Below, piece by piece: positions 9,549 to 17,840 of a stretch of 64,000 nt of DNA. The DNA is taken from positions 8,693 through 72,692 of the forward strand of contig CACAYF010000002.1 in NCBI GenBank assembly GCA_902536655.1, in the 5' to 3' direction. The notes beneath the pieces are model-generated. The model saw nothing but the letters and a program-made list of their open reading frames with translations, ran no database searches and had not been told where the DNA came from. A program made the position numbers and the translations under genes. This DNA is from an uncultured Alphaproteobacteria bacterium. Its GTDB lineage: Bacteria > Pseudomonadota > Alphaproteobacteria > Methylaequorales > Methylaequoraceae. Positions within the stretch are counted from its first letter, which is position 1, and each line of letters starts with the position of its first letter.

Positions 9549-10064
9549 TTATACCAATTTAATAGCAAGAACTGTAGTTACTAAAGTATACATCAGTAGA
9601 CTTAAAATAATGAGAACTACTTGATTTGCCTTAAAGTAATTTTCTTTTGTCATTTCTTTTACCTGATACATTAAATTTGGCCAAGAATAAGAAACAAAAT
9701 CACCTTGAGACATGATATTAATGAGTTTCCCAGATTTATCGACAACAGGTACATGTCTAAATCTCTCGTTTGACATCTGTCTCAACCATATTACCATTTC
9801 ATCGTCTTTGTCAGCAACTTTTACAGGGGAAGTCATTATATCTTTGAGCTTTGTCGTTTTGGGATTCATAGATTTGAATAAAAGTTTTTTCATAAGGTCT
9901 CTTTCGGTCACTATTCCCCTTACTTTGCTTTGCTTATCTGTTATAACAACAGACCCAAAATTATCTTTTGTCATCGCTTTTACAGCATCGATAACCTTAT
10001 CATTTTCAAAAAATGTAATTGGCGGTTTTTTACTCTTAAATTCTGGTCTTTCAGATATCTTCAT
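9549..10064 (-). CDS. CBS-domain pair protein with C-terminal transmembrane anchor
   Basis: 171 aa. Two CBS-like repeats (GSVVITD...GIVTERDL and RHVPVVD...NIMSQGDF) plus a hydrophobic tail VVLIILSLLMYTLVTTVLAI. Confidence 0.65.
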   Translation of the reverse strand: MKISERPEFKSKKPPITFFENDKVIDAVKAMTKDNFGSVVITDKQSKVRGIVTERDLMKKLLFKSMNPKTTKLKDIMTSPVKVADKDDEMVIWLRQMSNERFRHVPVVDKSGKLINIMSQGDFVSYSWPNLMYQVKEMTKENYFKANQVVLIILSLLMYTLVTTVLAIKLV

Positions 10065-10217
10065 AAATTCTCCAATATTTAAAAATTAAATTCTAATGTG
10101 ATTTTGTATCAAACTTAAAGAGTATTTGCAATTCTATAACTTTTTTCTGCAAAAAAGTGTTGATAATAATTTTAAAAAACAAAAATGTGATAATAACAAG
10201 AGAGAAGAATTTTCAAA

Positions 10218-10739
10218 ATGAAATTAACTATTCCAGATTTTTTAATACCCTCTTTTAGAACAAATCATGCTGGTGAAACGGGTGCGGTATTTATATACAA
10301 AGCAATTTTAATGGTTTCTCGAGACAGTGAAGTCATAGATTTTTCTAAAAGTCATCTTAAAACAGAATCTGAACATTTAAGAATGATCGAAGAAATCCTT
10401 GAAAAAAAATACAGAAGTAAATTAATTCCCTTGTGGAAGATTGCAGGGTTTTTGACAGGTTTTATACCAGCTCTTTTTGGCAAAAACTTTATATTTGCTA
10501 CTATATATTATGTTGAAAGTTTTGTTGAAAAACATTACGAGCAACAAATTAAATCTTTAGGTTCAATAAAAAAGTACACACATATAAAAAGATTTATAAA
10601 AAAACTACAAGATGACGAAGTTTCTCATAAAAACGAGGCAAGATTTTCTGCCAAAAAATTTTCTACACTACAAGTTCTCTGGGGAAGGATAGTAGATTCA
10701 GGATCATCATTTGCTGTAAAGCTTTCAAAAAAAATTTAA
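10218..10739 (+). CDS. coq7: demethoxyubiquinone hydroxylase (Coq7 family di-iron hydroxylase)
   Basis: 173 aa. N-terminal NHAGETGAVFIYKA, later E..H and DDE..H di-iron motifs typical of Coq7. Confidence 0.75.
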   Translation: MKLTIPDFLIPSFRTNHAGETGAVFIYKAILMVSRDSEVIDFSKSHLKTESEHLRMIEEILEKKYRSKLIPLWKIAGFLTGFIPALFGKNFIFATIYYVESFVEKHYEQQIKSLGSIKKYTHIKRFIKKLQDDEVSHKNEARFSAKKFSTLQVLWGRIVDSGSSFAVKLSKKI

Positions 10740-11390
10740 TTATTTTTTAGTTTTAAAAGGTCTTATTCTTTTTGGAAAACACGTTTTACAGATTGCACAA
10801 ATAAGACCTTTGCAACCTCTAGCCGTACAGTGTTCTCTTCCATAAAATATTATTTGGAGGTGAAGTTTATTCCAGTTACTTTTAGGAAAAAGCCTCTTTA
10901 GATCTTTTTCTGTTTGATTAACACTTCTTCCGTTTGTGAGCCCCCATCTTTGTGCTAATCTGTGTATGTGAGTGTCGACTGGAAATGCTGGATGCCCAAA
11001 TCCCTGAGAAATTACAACACTTGCAGTTTTGTGCCCTACGCCTGGCAGTTTTTCTAATTCGTCAATGTTTTCTGGAACTTTTCCTTGAAAATTTTTTACT
11101 AGTATCCTTGATAACTCTGATATAGCCTTTGATTTTTTGGGAGCTAATCCGCAAGGTCTGATGATATTATAAATCAAATCGGTATTTAATTTTGCCATAC
11201 TAAAAGCATTTTTCGCTTTTTTAAATAATTCTGGAGTAATTTTATTAACTCTTGCGTCTGTACATTGCGCGCTTAACAAAACAGCTATTAACAATTGAAA
11301 AATATTTTTGTGGTTCAGTGGAACAGGGGTTTTTGGGTAAAGTGAATCTAAAGTCTGTGTTATGAATTCTACTCTTTGTTTTTTATTCAT
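10740..11390 (-). CDS. nth: endonuclease III
   Basis: 216 aa. LLSAQCTDARVN, helix-hairpin-helix LPGVGHKTA, PVDTH, and a C-terminal 4-Cys cluster (C..GC....C..C...C). Confidence 0.9.
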   Translation of the reverse strand: MNKKQRVEFITQTLDSLYPKTPVPLNHKNIFQLLIAVLLSAQCTDARVNKITPELFKKAKNAFSMAKLNTDLIYNIIRPCGLAPKKSKAISELSRILVKNFQGKVPENIDELEKLPGVGHKTASVVISQGFGHPAFPVDTHIHRLAQRWGLTNGRSVNQTEKDLKRLFPKSNWNKLHLQIIFYGREHCTARGCKGLICAICKTCFPKRIRPFKTKK

Positions 11391-11393
11391 TAT

Positions 11394-12122
11394 CTAATTA
11401 ATATTTAAATTTTTTATTAAGTTTAAAATAAAATTTTCACAAAGAAGATTCATTTGATTAATTTCATTTAAATATCTTTTTTTTATATTTTTTATTGGAT
11501 TTGATCCAAATATGTTTTCTAAAGTTATTCTAAACGTTTTCTCTTTAAGCCATTTTTCAATGGTATTCAGATCTATCTCAAAATGAAATTGTAATCCGTA
11601 TGCATGACTTTTGTATCTGAAAAATTGATTTTCTGTACAACTCGTAGTGGCAAGATTTTCGGTTTTTGAGTTACTTAAAGAACATACTTCGTAACTATGC
11701 CATTGAAAAACTCGCACTTTTTTAGGAAAAAAATTCAAATTTCTATCGTTATTCATTGTTTCTTTTGCAATTAAATTAAAAAACCCGATTTCACTAAATT
11801 TGGACTTTTGGATTTTCCCACCTAAAACTTCTCCTAACAATTGGCAACCAAGACAAATACCTATAAAAGGTTTCTCTAAATTAATTACAAATTCTTTGAT
11901 GGCATTTTTTTCTTTTACGATCCAAGGGAATTGTTTTACCATCCAGGTATCCATTGGTCCTCCTAAAGAAATCATTAAAGAAAATTGGGATAAATCTTTT
12001 GGGATGTCTTGATTCTCATAAAGTTTAATTTTTTCAATAACTAAATCTTTTTTTAATAAATATTCTTCGATTTTTTCCAAATCTTCGTAATGAACGTGTT
12101 GAAATACAATTACTTTCTTCAT
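11394..12122 (-). CDS. class I glutamine amidotransferase-like protein (GuaA N-domain-like)
   Basis: 242 aa. Nucleophile elbow GICLGCQLL and the LQFHFE His/Glu region. Confidence 0.7.
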   Translation of the reverse strand: MKKVIVFQHVHYEDLEKIEEYLLKKDLVIEKIKLYENQDIPKDLSQFSLMISLGGPMDTWMVKQFPWIVKEKNAIKEFVINLEKPFIGICLGCQLLGEVLGGKIQKSKFSEIGFFNLIAKETMNNDRNLNFFPKKVRVFQWHSYEVCSLSNSKTENLATTSCTENQFFRYKSHAYGLQFHFEIDLNTIEKWLKEKTFRITLENIFGSNPIKNIKKRYLNEINQMNLLCENFILNLIKNLNIN

Positions 12123-12191
12123 AAAAATAAATTATAATACAAAAAATGATTTTCTGATTGATTATAAAACTTTCTTTAATACTATTTTGTT

Positions 12192-12647
12192 ATGAAGTTT
12201 ATATTAAAATTTTTAGTTTTATTTTTTGTATGTGAGAGTCAATGCTTTGCAACATCAAACTCTTTTGAACAAAATCTTCTTTTCAATAATAATAATCAAT
12301 CTTTGAAAATGAATACTAATAAATCAATAGGCAATTTTAATACTTTGGCAATTACTGGTTCAATAAGTATTGTTGGAGAAAAGTTGTATCAAACTGGATT
12401 TCTGTATCCTTTCGGATTAGTACCAGATAATATTAAAAATTTATCACCTATTGTTTTTAATACAACATCTAAACCAAACATATCAGATATAAATCCAATA
12501 TGTTATGATTCAAATTTAAATGAAAAATATATAAATTCCAAATTCGAAAATACCTTTTTTGATATTGAAATAATAAATAAGTGTAACTTAATAATTGAAG
12601 AAAATAACTTTAAATCAATTGATAATCTAATAAGCAGATATTTTTAA
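12192..12647 (+). CDS. hypothetical exported protein
   Basis: 151 aa. N-terminal signal-like MKFILKFLVLFFVCESQCFA. No recognisable domain. Confidence 0.45.
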   Translation: MKFILKFLVLFFVCESQCFATSNSFEQNLLFNNNNQSLKMNTNKSIGNFNTLAITGSISIVGEKLYQTGFLYPFGLVPDNIKNLSPIVFNTTSKPNISDINPICYDSNLNEKYINSKFENTFFDIEIINKCNLIIEENNFKSIDNLISRYF

Positions 12648-12735
12648 TTTTTTAATTAAGAGTTTATCACACCCATTAATTATTACTTGAATTTATTGAT
12701 AAAGTTTCATATAAAAAATTGAAATTAATAGACTT

Positions 12736-14673
12736 ATGAGTGAAATTTTAGAAATCAGAGATGGTTGTCAGACCCCATTAGAACTTCTTACAAGTCAAAC
12801 ATTTAATAAATACTTAAATATTTATAAACAAAAGTTTTTATCTGAGCTCAAATCTCGAGAGCAGTCCGAACAAAAAGATGAAATCCTTCATAAGAAAAAT
12901 TTTGTTGAACAAATCTATTCAGATATATTTATCGAAATCTTTAAATCTGAAAATATTTCTGATGCAAAACTATCAATTTACAAAGAGTACATAAGATTTT
13001 TAGAAGGATTATTTCATCACTTTAGAAAAAAGTCTTACACAAGACTTATCAAGCAACATAATGAAATATTATCTTCTAATGAGAGTGCTGAATCAATAAA
13101 AGATAGAATTAGTAAAAGAGCGAGTGAATTAAATGATCTTATTTTAGAAACTAGGAGAATTTTTTTATCTAAAGTGGATATGGGAATTGGTGTGAGAAGA
13201 AGTCAAGGTCTAGAATGCCAACCAAATGTGACATGTGGTGAGATTTCGGGAGATAATATTGAATTACCCAAATCTTATACAAATTTAAATAAGGTTCCTT
13301 TAACTACTCATGCTGATATGAGAACAGGTGTTCACTATACTACACATGCGAACAAAAGGGCATTTCCGTTTTTTGCCTTAAATAAAAACCCTTATAAAGA
13401 TAATTTATTTAATTCAAAAGATTACGTTGCAATTCCTTTCGAGGTTGGTGGTTGGAACATCATTGCATACATTCACAAATCTAGAGGTTGCATTGAGTTA
13501 GAACCCGGTCTTTTAAATCTATTTCCATTTTCAAAGGTAAGAAAACTGGTTAATAAAAAACCAGATGGTATCTTCATTTTTGGTTGCCCACATTCTACGA
13601 TGGATGATTTGGGGTATTATTACGATAAGGATAATAACCTTTTGGTGGGGTTGATACCAAATATTGATGACTGCAAGTATTTTGGATACGGAAAAAAACC
13701 AATTTTGACATTACATAACGTTTTATGCATATTAAACGATCACTTACCACTTCATTGCGGTTGCACACGTTATTTAGTCAAATTTGATTCCAAAACTAAT
13801 GAGCCTTATATTTCAGATTCTTTTATTAAAGCAGATGATATGGGAAGAGCTTCATTATTTAATAAATCAGAGAATAATTCATCAGACTTTAAGGAAGGAG
13901 TACCTTATTTTTTTGGTACTGAAACAGGAGCATTTGCATGTTTGGATGGATTTAGCGAACATACAAAAATGCAGATGGAAGGCAGAGAAATAGGATATAA
14001 TAAACACGCTGGAACTAATGCTCGACAAATTGTTCCAGTTACTGATTATACTGAAGTTTCAAATGGGTCAGAGTTAGATATATTACTTTATTTAAATAAT
14101 TATGATTTAATAGAGCCTGGAAAATCATGCATGGATGTTGAGATGAATGTCGAAGAAGCTCTCGAACATTTTAGAAAAGGAGCAAGGGTTGCAGCAGGAA
14201 GTACTCAAACGCATAGAGGAAAAATTGAAATTAGCTATTGGGCAAACCCATTCCCATTGTTGAAAGACGAAAACTGGGTAGACTTACCTGAACATATTGA
14301 TTTATCAAAAAAATTCTCAGATATCGAGAAGAAGTTTTTCGATATTATAAAACAAAGAGTTGAATCTGGAAAAATGAAAATTGGAGTAGCGCATAGCATG
14401 CTTATGGCTGGCGTTTACGCAAAAAATACGGACAAAAGGCTCATTGAATGCGGTTTTAACAACAGAGAGTTAGTAGAGCACGAGGGGCCAGAAAGAGCTG
14501 CTAAAGATATGATTAATCTAATAAAAACAACAGCAATTGATAAAGTGGGAAAACTTAGAAAAAAAGTCGATGAAATAAGTATCACGGTTGCTACAGTAGG
14601 TGACAGCAGAACAGGTAAATCCGAAATGTCGGAAAAAATGGAAGAGGTTTTAAGTATGAAAGGTGCAAATTAG
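12736..14673 (+). CDS. large uncharacterised protein (645 aa)
   Basis: Long uninterrupted ORF, visibly less AT-biased than its flanks. Helical, charged N-terminal approx. 150 aa, then a Cys/His/Gly-rich core (FGCPHS, FGYGKKPILTLHN, HLPLHCGCTRY, GAFACLDGFSEH). I cannot place it in any family. Confidence 0.75.
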   Translation: MSEILEIRDGCQTPLELLTSQTFNKYLNIYKQKFLSELKSREQSEQKDEILHKKNFVEQIYSDIFIEIFKSENISDAKLSIYKEYIRFLEGLFHHFRKKSYTRLIKQHNEILSSNESAESIKDRISKRASELNDLILETRRIFLSKVDMGIGVRRSQGLECQPNVTCGEISGDNIELPKSYTNLNKVPLTTHADMRTGVHYTTHANKRAFPFFALNKNPYKDNLFNSKDYVAIPFEVGGWNIIAYIHKSRGCIELEPGLLNLFPFSKVRKLVNKKPDGIFIFGCPHSTMDDLGYYYDKDNNLLVGLIPNIDDCKYFGYGKKPILTLHNVLCILNDHLPLHCGCTRYLVKFDSKTNEPYISDSFIKADDMGRASLFNKSENNSSDFKEGVPYFFGTETGAFACLDGFSEHTKMQMEGREIGYNKHAGTNARQIVPVTDYTEVSNGSELDILLYLNNYDLIEPGKSCMDVEMNVEEALEHFRKGARVAAGSTQTHRGKIEISYWANPFPLLKDENWVDLPEHIDLSKKFSDIEKKFFDIIKQRVESGKMKIGVAHSMLMAGVYAKNTDKRLIECGFNNRELVEHEGPERAAKDMINLIKTTAIDKVGKLRKKVDEISITVATVGDSRTGKSEMSEKMEEVLSMKGAN

Positions 14674-14992
14674 TCTAATACTTTTAATTGATTCTGATAT
14701 CGGTTGTTTAAAAAGAATATTTTTTTTATTATATCTTTTTCCTCTATCTCTGTATTATCCCATCTCACTATAAGTTTTTATTACTTTAGAATGCGGAATT
14801 GCAGTTTTTTTCAAAGTTTGAAACATCAAGTGTTCTAAAAAGCTAAACAATGTAGCGATAATATAAATTTAATTGCTATTTTTTTATTTGTGACTATTTG
14901 GAAGTATAATTATAGAAGATTGAGCTAAATAAATTATTGTTCTTGTATCAAAAAATTAAATAAATAAGAATAATTTCTAACCTTTTGATATC

Positions 14993-16051
14993 TTGAGTAG
15001 GAGATATAAAAAAAGAATGGTAAAAAAAATTAAGATCGAAGCAATAATTGAGATTAAAGACGAGTCTCACATAGATGACGCCTTGCTAAAACGCACAATA
15101 AGCCCTATTGGAGAAATTGAGTCATGTAAAATTATTACTGAATTAAGTAATAATTCTAACGACGAACAAAAAGCAAACAGTTTGTCTTTGGATAAAAATA
15201 TATCAGAAGTTGAACATTTTATTAATGATGCCAATAAAATTTATTTTGGCACTCTGTCAATTGAGGATAGAAAATACGTGGCAGCATCAATTTTAAAATC
15301 CTCATCAAGAAGTAGTCTTCAGGATAATGCTAATTTTAAAGATAAATTAATTCAGACACTTACTAAAAAATTTGAAATTGATTCAGAATATGCAATCTTA
15401 TTACTTGAGCAAGAAAAAGTCCCCGACGCTTTAGAAATATTAAAAAGTAAGTTTCTAGAAGGTGACTTAATTCAAATGTTTACATTTATCTGGGAAAAGA
15501 TTTTATCAGTTGGAGAGGAAGATGACTTTGAGATTGATCTTATTGAAAATAGTGCCGAAAAATTTGGATTAGAGAAACAAAGTCTTAATGATACAAAAAA
15601 AATTGGAAATGAAAGAGCTAAAATTATAAAGGCTATTAGTGTTATTGAAGCTGGAAAGGTTGCATATAACAAATTAAAAGCTTTTGAAAAAACAGTCTTA
15701 CTTTCTTTAATGTTAACTGAGTGTTCAAGAATTGATGGAAAGATCTCTTCTGATGATCTAGCTTTATTGAAAAATATATTTAGTGATCAATTTAATATTT
15801 CAAGTAATGTAATGACTACTGTTATTGAAAAAAAATTAAATTATTCAATAACAAAGAAGGTTGAACAAGTTGAAGTTTATAGAGAAAAGTATGAGTTAGT
15901 TGAATTTCTTTGGGAAAAAATATTATCCAGCGAATCAGAGATTAACGATAACGAGATGACGTTAATAAGAAAATGGGTGAGAAGACTTGACATATCAGAC
16001 GTTGAGTCTGAAGGAGCTAGGAAAGAAGTAGAAGCAAACCTCAATCCATAA
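14993..16051 (+). CDS. tandem TerB-like domain protein
   Basis: Second half contains SRIDGKISSDDLALLKNIFSDQFNIS, typical of TerB/DjlA N-domain (aDG.i...E...L). Two approx. 140-aa repeats each end in F(I/L)WEKILS (nt 15485-15508 and 15905-15928). Start is uncertain: TTG 14993 or ATG 15017 (AGGAG at 14999-15003). Confidence 0.5.
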   Translation: MSRRYKKRMVKKIKIEAIIEIKDESHIDDALLKRTISPIGEIESCKIITELSNNSNDEQKANSLSLDKNISEVEHFINDANKIYFGTLSIEDRKYVAASILKSSSRSSLQDNANFKDKLIQTLTKKFEIDSEYAILLLEQEKVPDALEILKSKFLEGDLIQMFTFIWEKILSVGEEDDFEIDLIENSAEKFGLEKQSLNDTKKIGNERAKIIKAISVIEAGKVAYNKLKAFEKTVLLSLMLTECSRIDGKISSDDLALLKNIFSDQFNISSNVMTTVIEKKLNYSITKKVEQVEVYREKYELVEFLWEKILSSESEINDNEMTLIRKWVRRLDISDVESEGARKEVEANLNP

Positions 16052-16057
16052 GTTTTA

Positions 16058-16774
16058 TTAAGAGCTAAAAAAGATTTTTGATCTGTTTATTTGAATTGTG
16101 TTGTTATTTGACATTATAGAATCTCTTCTTTTATGAATTTCCAGTCTATTTTCAGCCAACACGTGCGAATTATTTTTTGATTTTTCCACAAGTTTGTACA
16201 TGGCATCTTTATTGTTTTTTTCATTATTTTCAAGCATATGCATAGTTTCTTTATTTTGCTTCCTTATTAACTCATTTGATTCGTAAGTGATTTTTGACTC
16301 ATCAATTTTCTTCTCTAGTAGTTCCTTATTTCTTTTTATTTGCAACTTATTAAACTCGTAGATCAATTGATTGGTTTCCATAATTTTCGTGTTAATTTCT
16401 ATTAGTTTTGAATTTATTTCTGCCATTTCATTGCTGATTTCTAAATTTGCAGAATTAACATTTGATTGATGCTTCATGAAGTCAAGTTTTGCTTTGTCTA
16501 TCTCAACGTCAACAAATTCCTCTTGTAATTCTCCCTCAACTTTAATTTTTGAAATTATTGATTTTCTATTCTCGTAAATTTCATTTGTATTAGTTATAGC
16601 CAAATTTGTGTTGCCTGCATAAGCCGCAGAATAATTGTTTAAAATCATAGCCCTGTTTTCCTCAATCAAGAGTCTTGATTCTAAGATTAGTTTTTTATTT
16701 GAGTTAATATCAGATTCAATTCCAAATATTTTTTTTTGATTATTTTTTTTTTCAGCATTCACATTGTTCACCAT
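16058..16774 (-). CDS. Asn/Lys-rich coiled-coil protein, function unknown
   Basis: 238 aa with heptad-like periodicity and a recurring (I/L)xENRxxI motif (IEENRAMI, IYENRKSI, LAENRLEI, IQINRSKI). No TM segment and no signal peptide. Confidence 0.6.
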   Translation of the reverse strand: MVNNVNAEKKNNQKKIFGIESDINSNKKLILESRLLIEENRAMILNNYSAAYAGNTNLAITNTNEIYENRKSIISKIKVEGELQEEFVDVEIDKAKLDFMKHQSNVNSANLEISNEMAEINSKLIEINTKIMETNQLIYEFNKLQIKRNKELLEKKIDESKITYESNELIRKQNKETMHMLENNEKNNKDAMYKLVEKSKNNSHVLAENRLEIHKRRDSIMSNNNTIQINRSKIFFSS

Positions 16775-16862
16775 TTGTATCTCCGTCGATTAAAAAATTA
16801 AGTATTAGCTTAATATGGATAAAATACATGATTTTAAGTAAAAATCTAAACAAAATCATGCA

Positions 16863-17633
16863 TTAACTGTTAACAATAGTTACAAAGAATAAAATTAATA
16901 AAATTACAAGAAACAAAATTAGAATTTTTTTACTTTCAGAATTATTGGTTTCACTTCTTATTATTTTTTTATAAAATTTCATTTCTTCTGACAAATAATC
17001 TTGTAAATCAGGAAATTGTTTGAAAAAGGTTTTGATTATTCTGTCTTCACTTTTTGAACCTAAAACTTTTATGAGTTTATTTAAGTAGATAGCATTCTTT
17101 CTAAATCCATTTTCTATAAGGATCTTTGAAAATAATTTTATTTTTGTTGAGGTACCAAACTTTCTCTCCAGAAATGCATTGATAAACCTTTCCGTAATTA
17201 TTTCAAATTTATAAAATTCCTTTGTTTCTAACAAATAGAATTGGAATTGAAAACTTAGTTTCTGGCTATATTTTGATAATTGCTTTTTCTTTTTTTCAAG
17301 TTCTGGATAAACTAATAATGCTATTTCCCAATCGTCATCAATATATTTTTTATTAAATACATCTTTGTCCTCGAACTCTTGATCCGAATAATCAAAAGAT
17401 TTACTCATGTGATAATTTTTCAGTTTTTCATCATAAACTTTTTTTTTTTCTTCATTACTCAGTGTTTCATATGACTCATTGATTTCTCGGATTTTGCGAC
17501 TTAAACTTTTTTTGTCTCCTTTATATACGTCTGGATGATAAAGTTTAACTAGTGCTTTATATGCTGCCTCGATAAGTTGTTTTTCTGGAGATGATTCAAA
17601 AGAAAGGCCAAGAATATGATAATAATTTTTCAC
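16863..17633 (-). CDS. J-domain (DnaJ-like) protein with C-terminal membrane anchor
   Basis: N-terminus NYYHILGL....AYKALVKLYHPDV...INESYETLSN..KK.YD is a canonical J domain with an HPD tripeptide. The C-terminus ILILFLVILLILFFVTIV is a single TM (tail anchor). No Gly/Phe or zinc-finger regions. Confidence 0.8.
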   Translation of the reverse strand: MKNYYHILGLSFESSPEKQLIEAAYKALVKLYHPDVYKGDKKSLSRKIREINESYETLSNEEKKKVYDEKLKNYHMSKSFDYSDQEFEDKDVFNKKYIDDDWEIALLVYPELEKKKKQLSKYSQKLSFQFQFYLLETKEFYKFEIITERFINAFLERKFGTSTKIKLFSKILIENGFRKNAIYLNKLIKVLGSKSEDRIIKTFFKQFPDLQDYLSEEMKFYKKIIRSETNNSESKKILILFLVILLILFFVTIVNS

Positions 17634-17840
17634 GCTGATAATAAATTAAATTAATATTAACAAATCATGAATATTTATCTTAGGCTTTAGAAAAATTATA
17701 TTTAAACATAAGATTTATTTTAGACATAATGTGGTGAATATCATATATCGTAGACTAAAATTTGAGAGTAGTATTTGATTGAAAATTATTGTTAATTTTA
17801 ATTAAAATGTAAATTGTAGTTATTGTAAGTACAGTTTTTT

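Noticed and set aside
14599-14622. Walker-A-like GDSRTGKS in the 645-aa orphan protein
   Set aside because: It sits only 24 residues from the C-terminus, with no room for Walker B or the rest of a P-loop NTPase fold. It is probably a chance match.
14791-14838. 15-codon mini-ORF (MRNCSFFQSLKHQVF) and a 23-codon minus-strand mini-ORF in the long spacer
   Set aside because: No SD and too short, and such ORFs are expected by chance. I kept only the observation that the spacer itself is unusually long.
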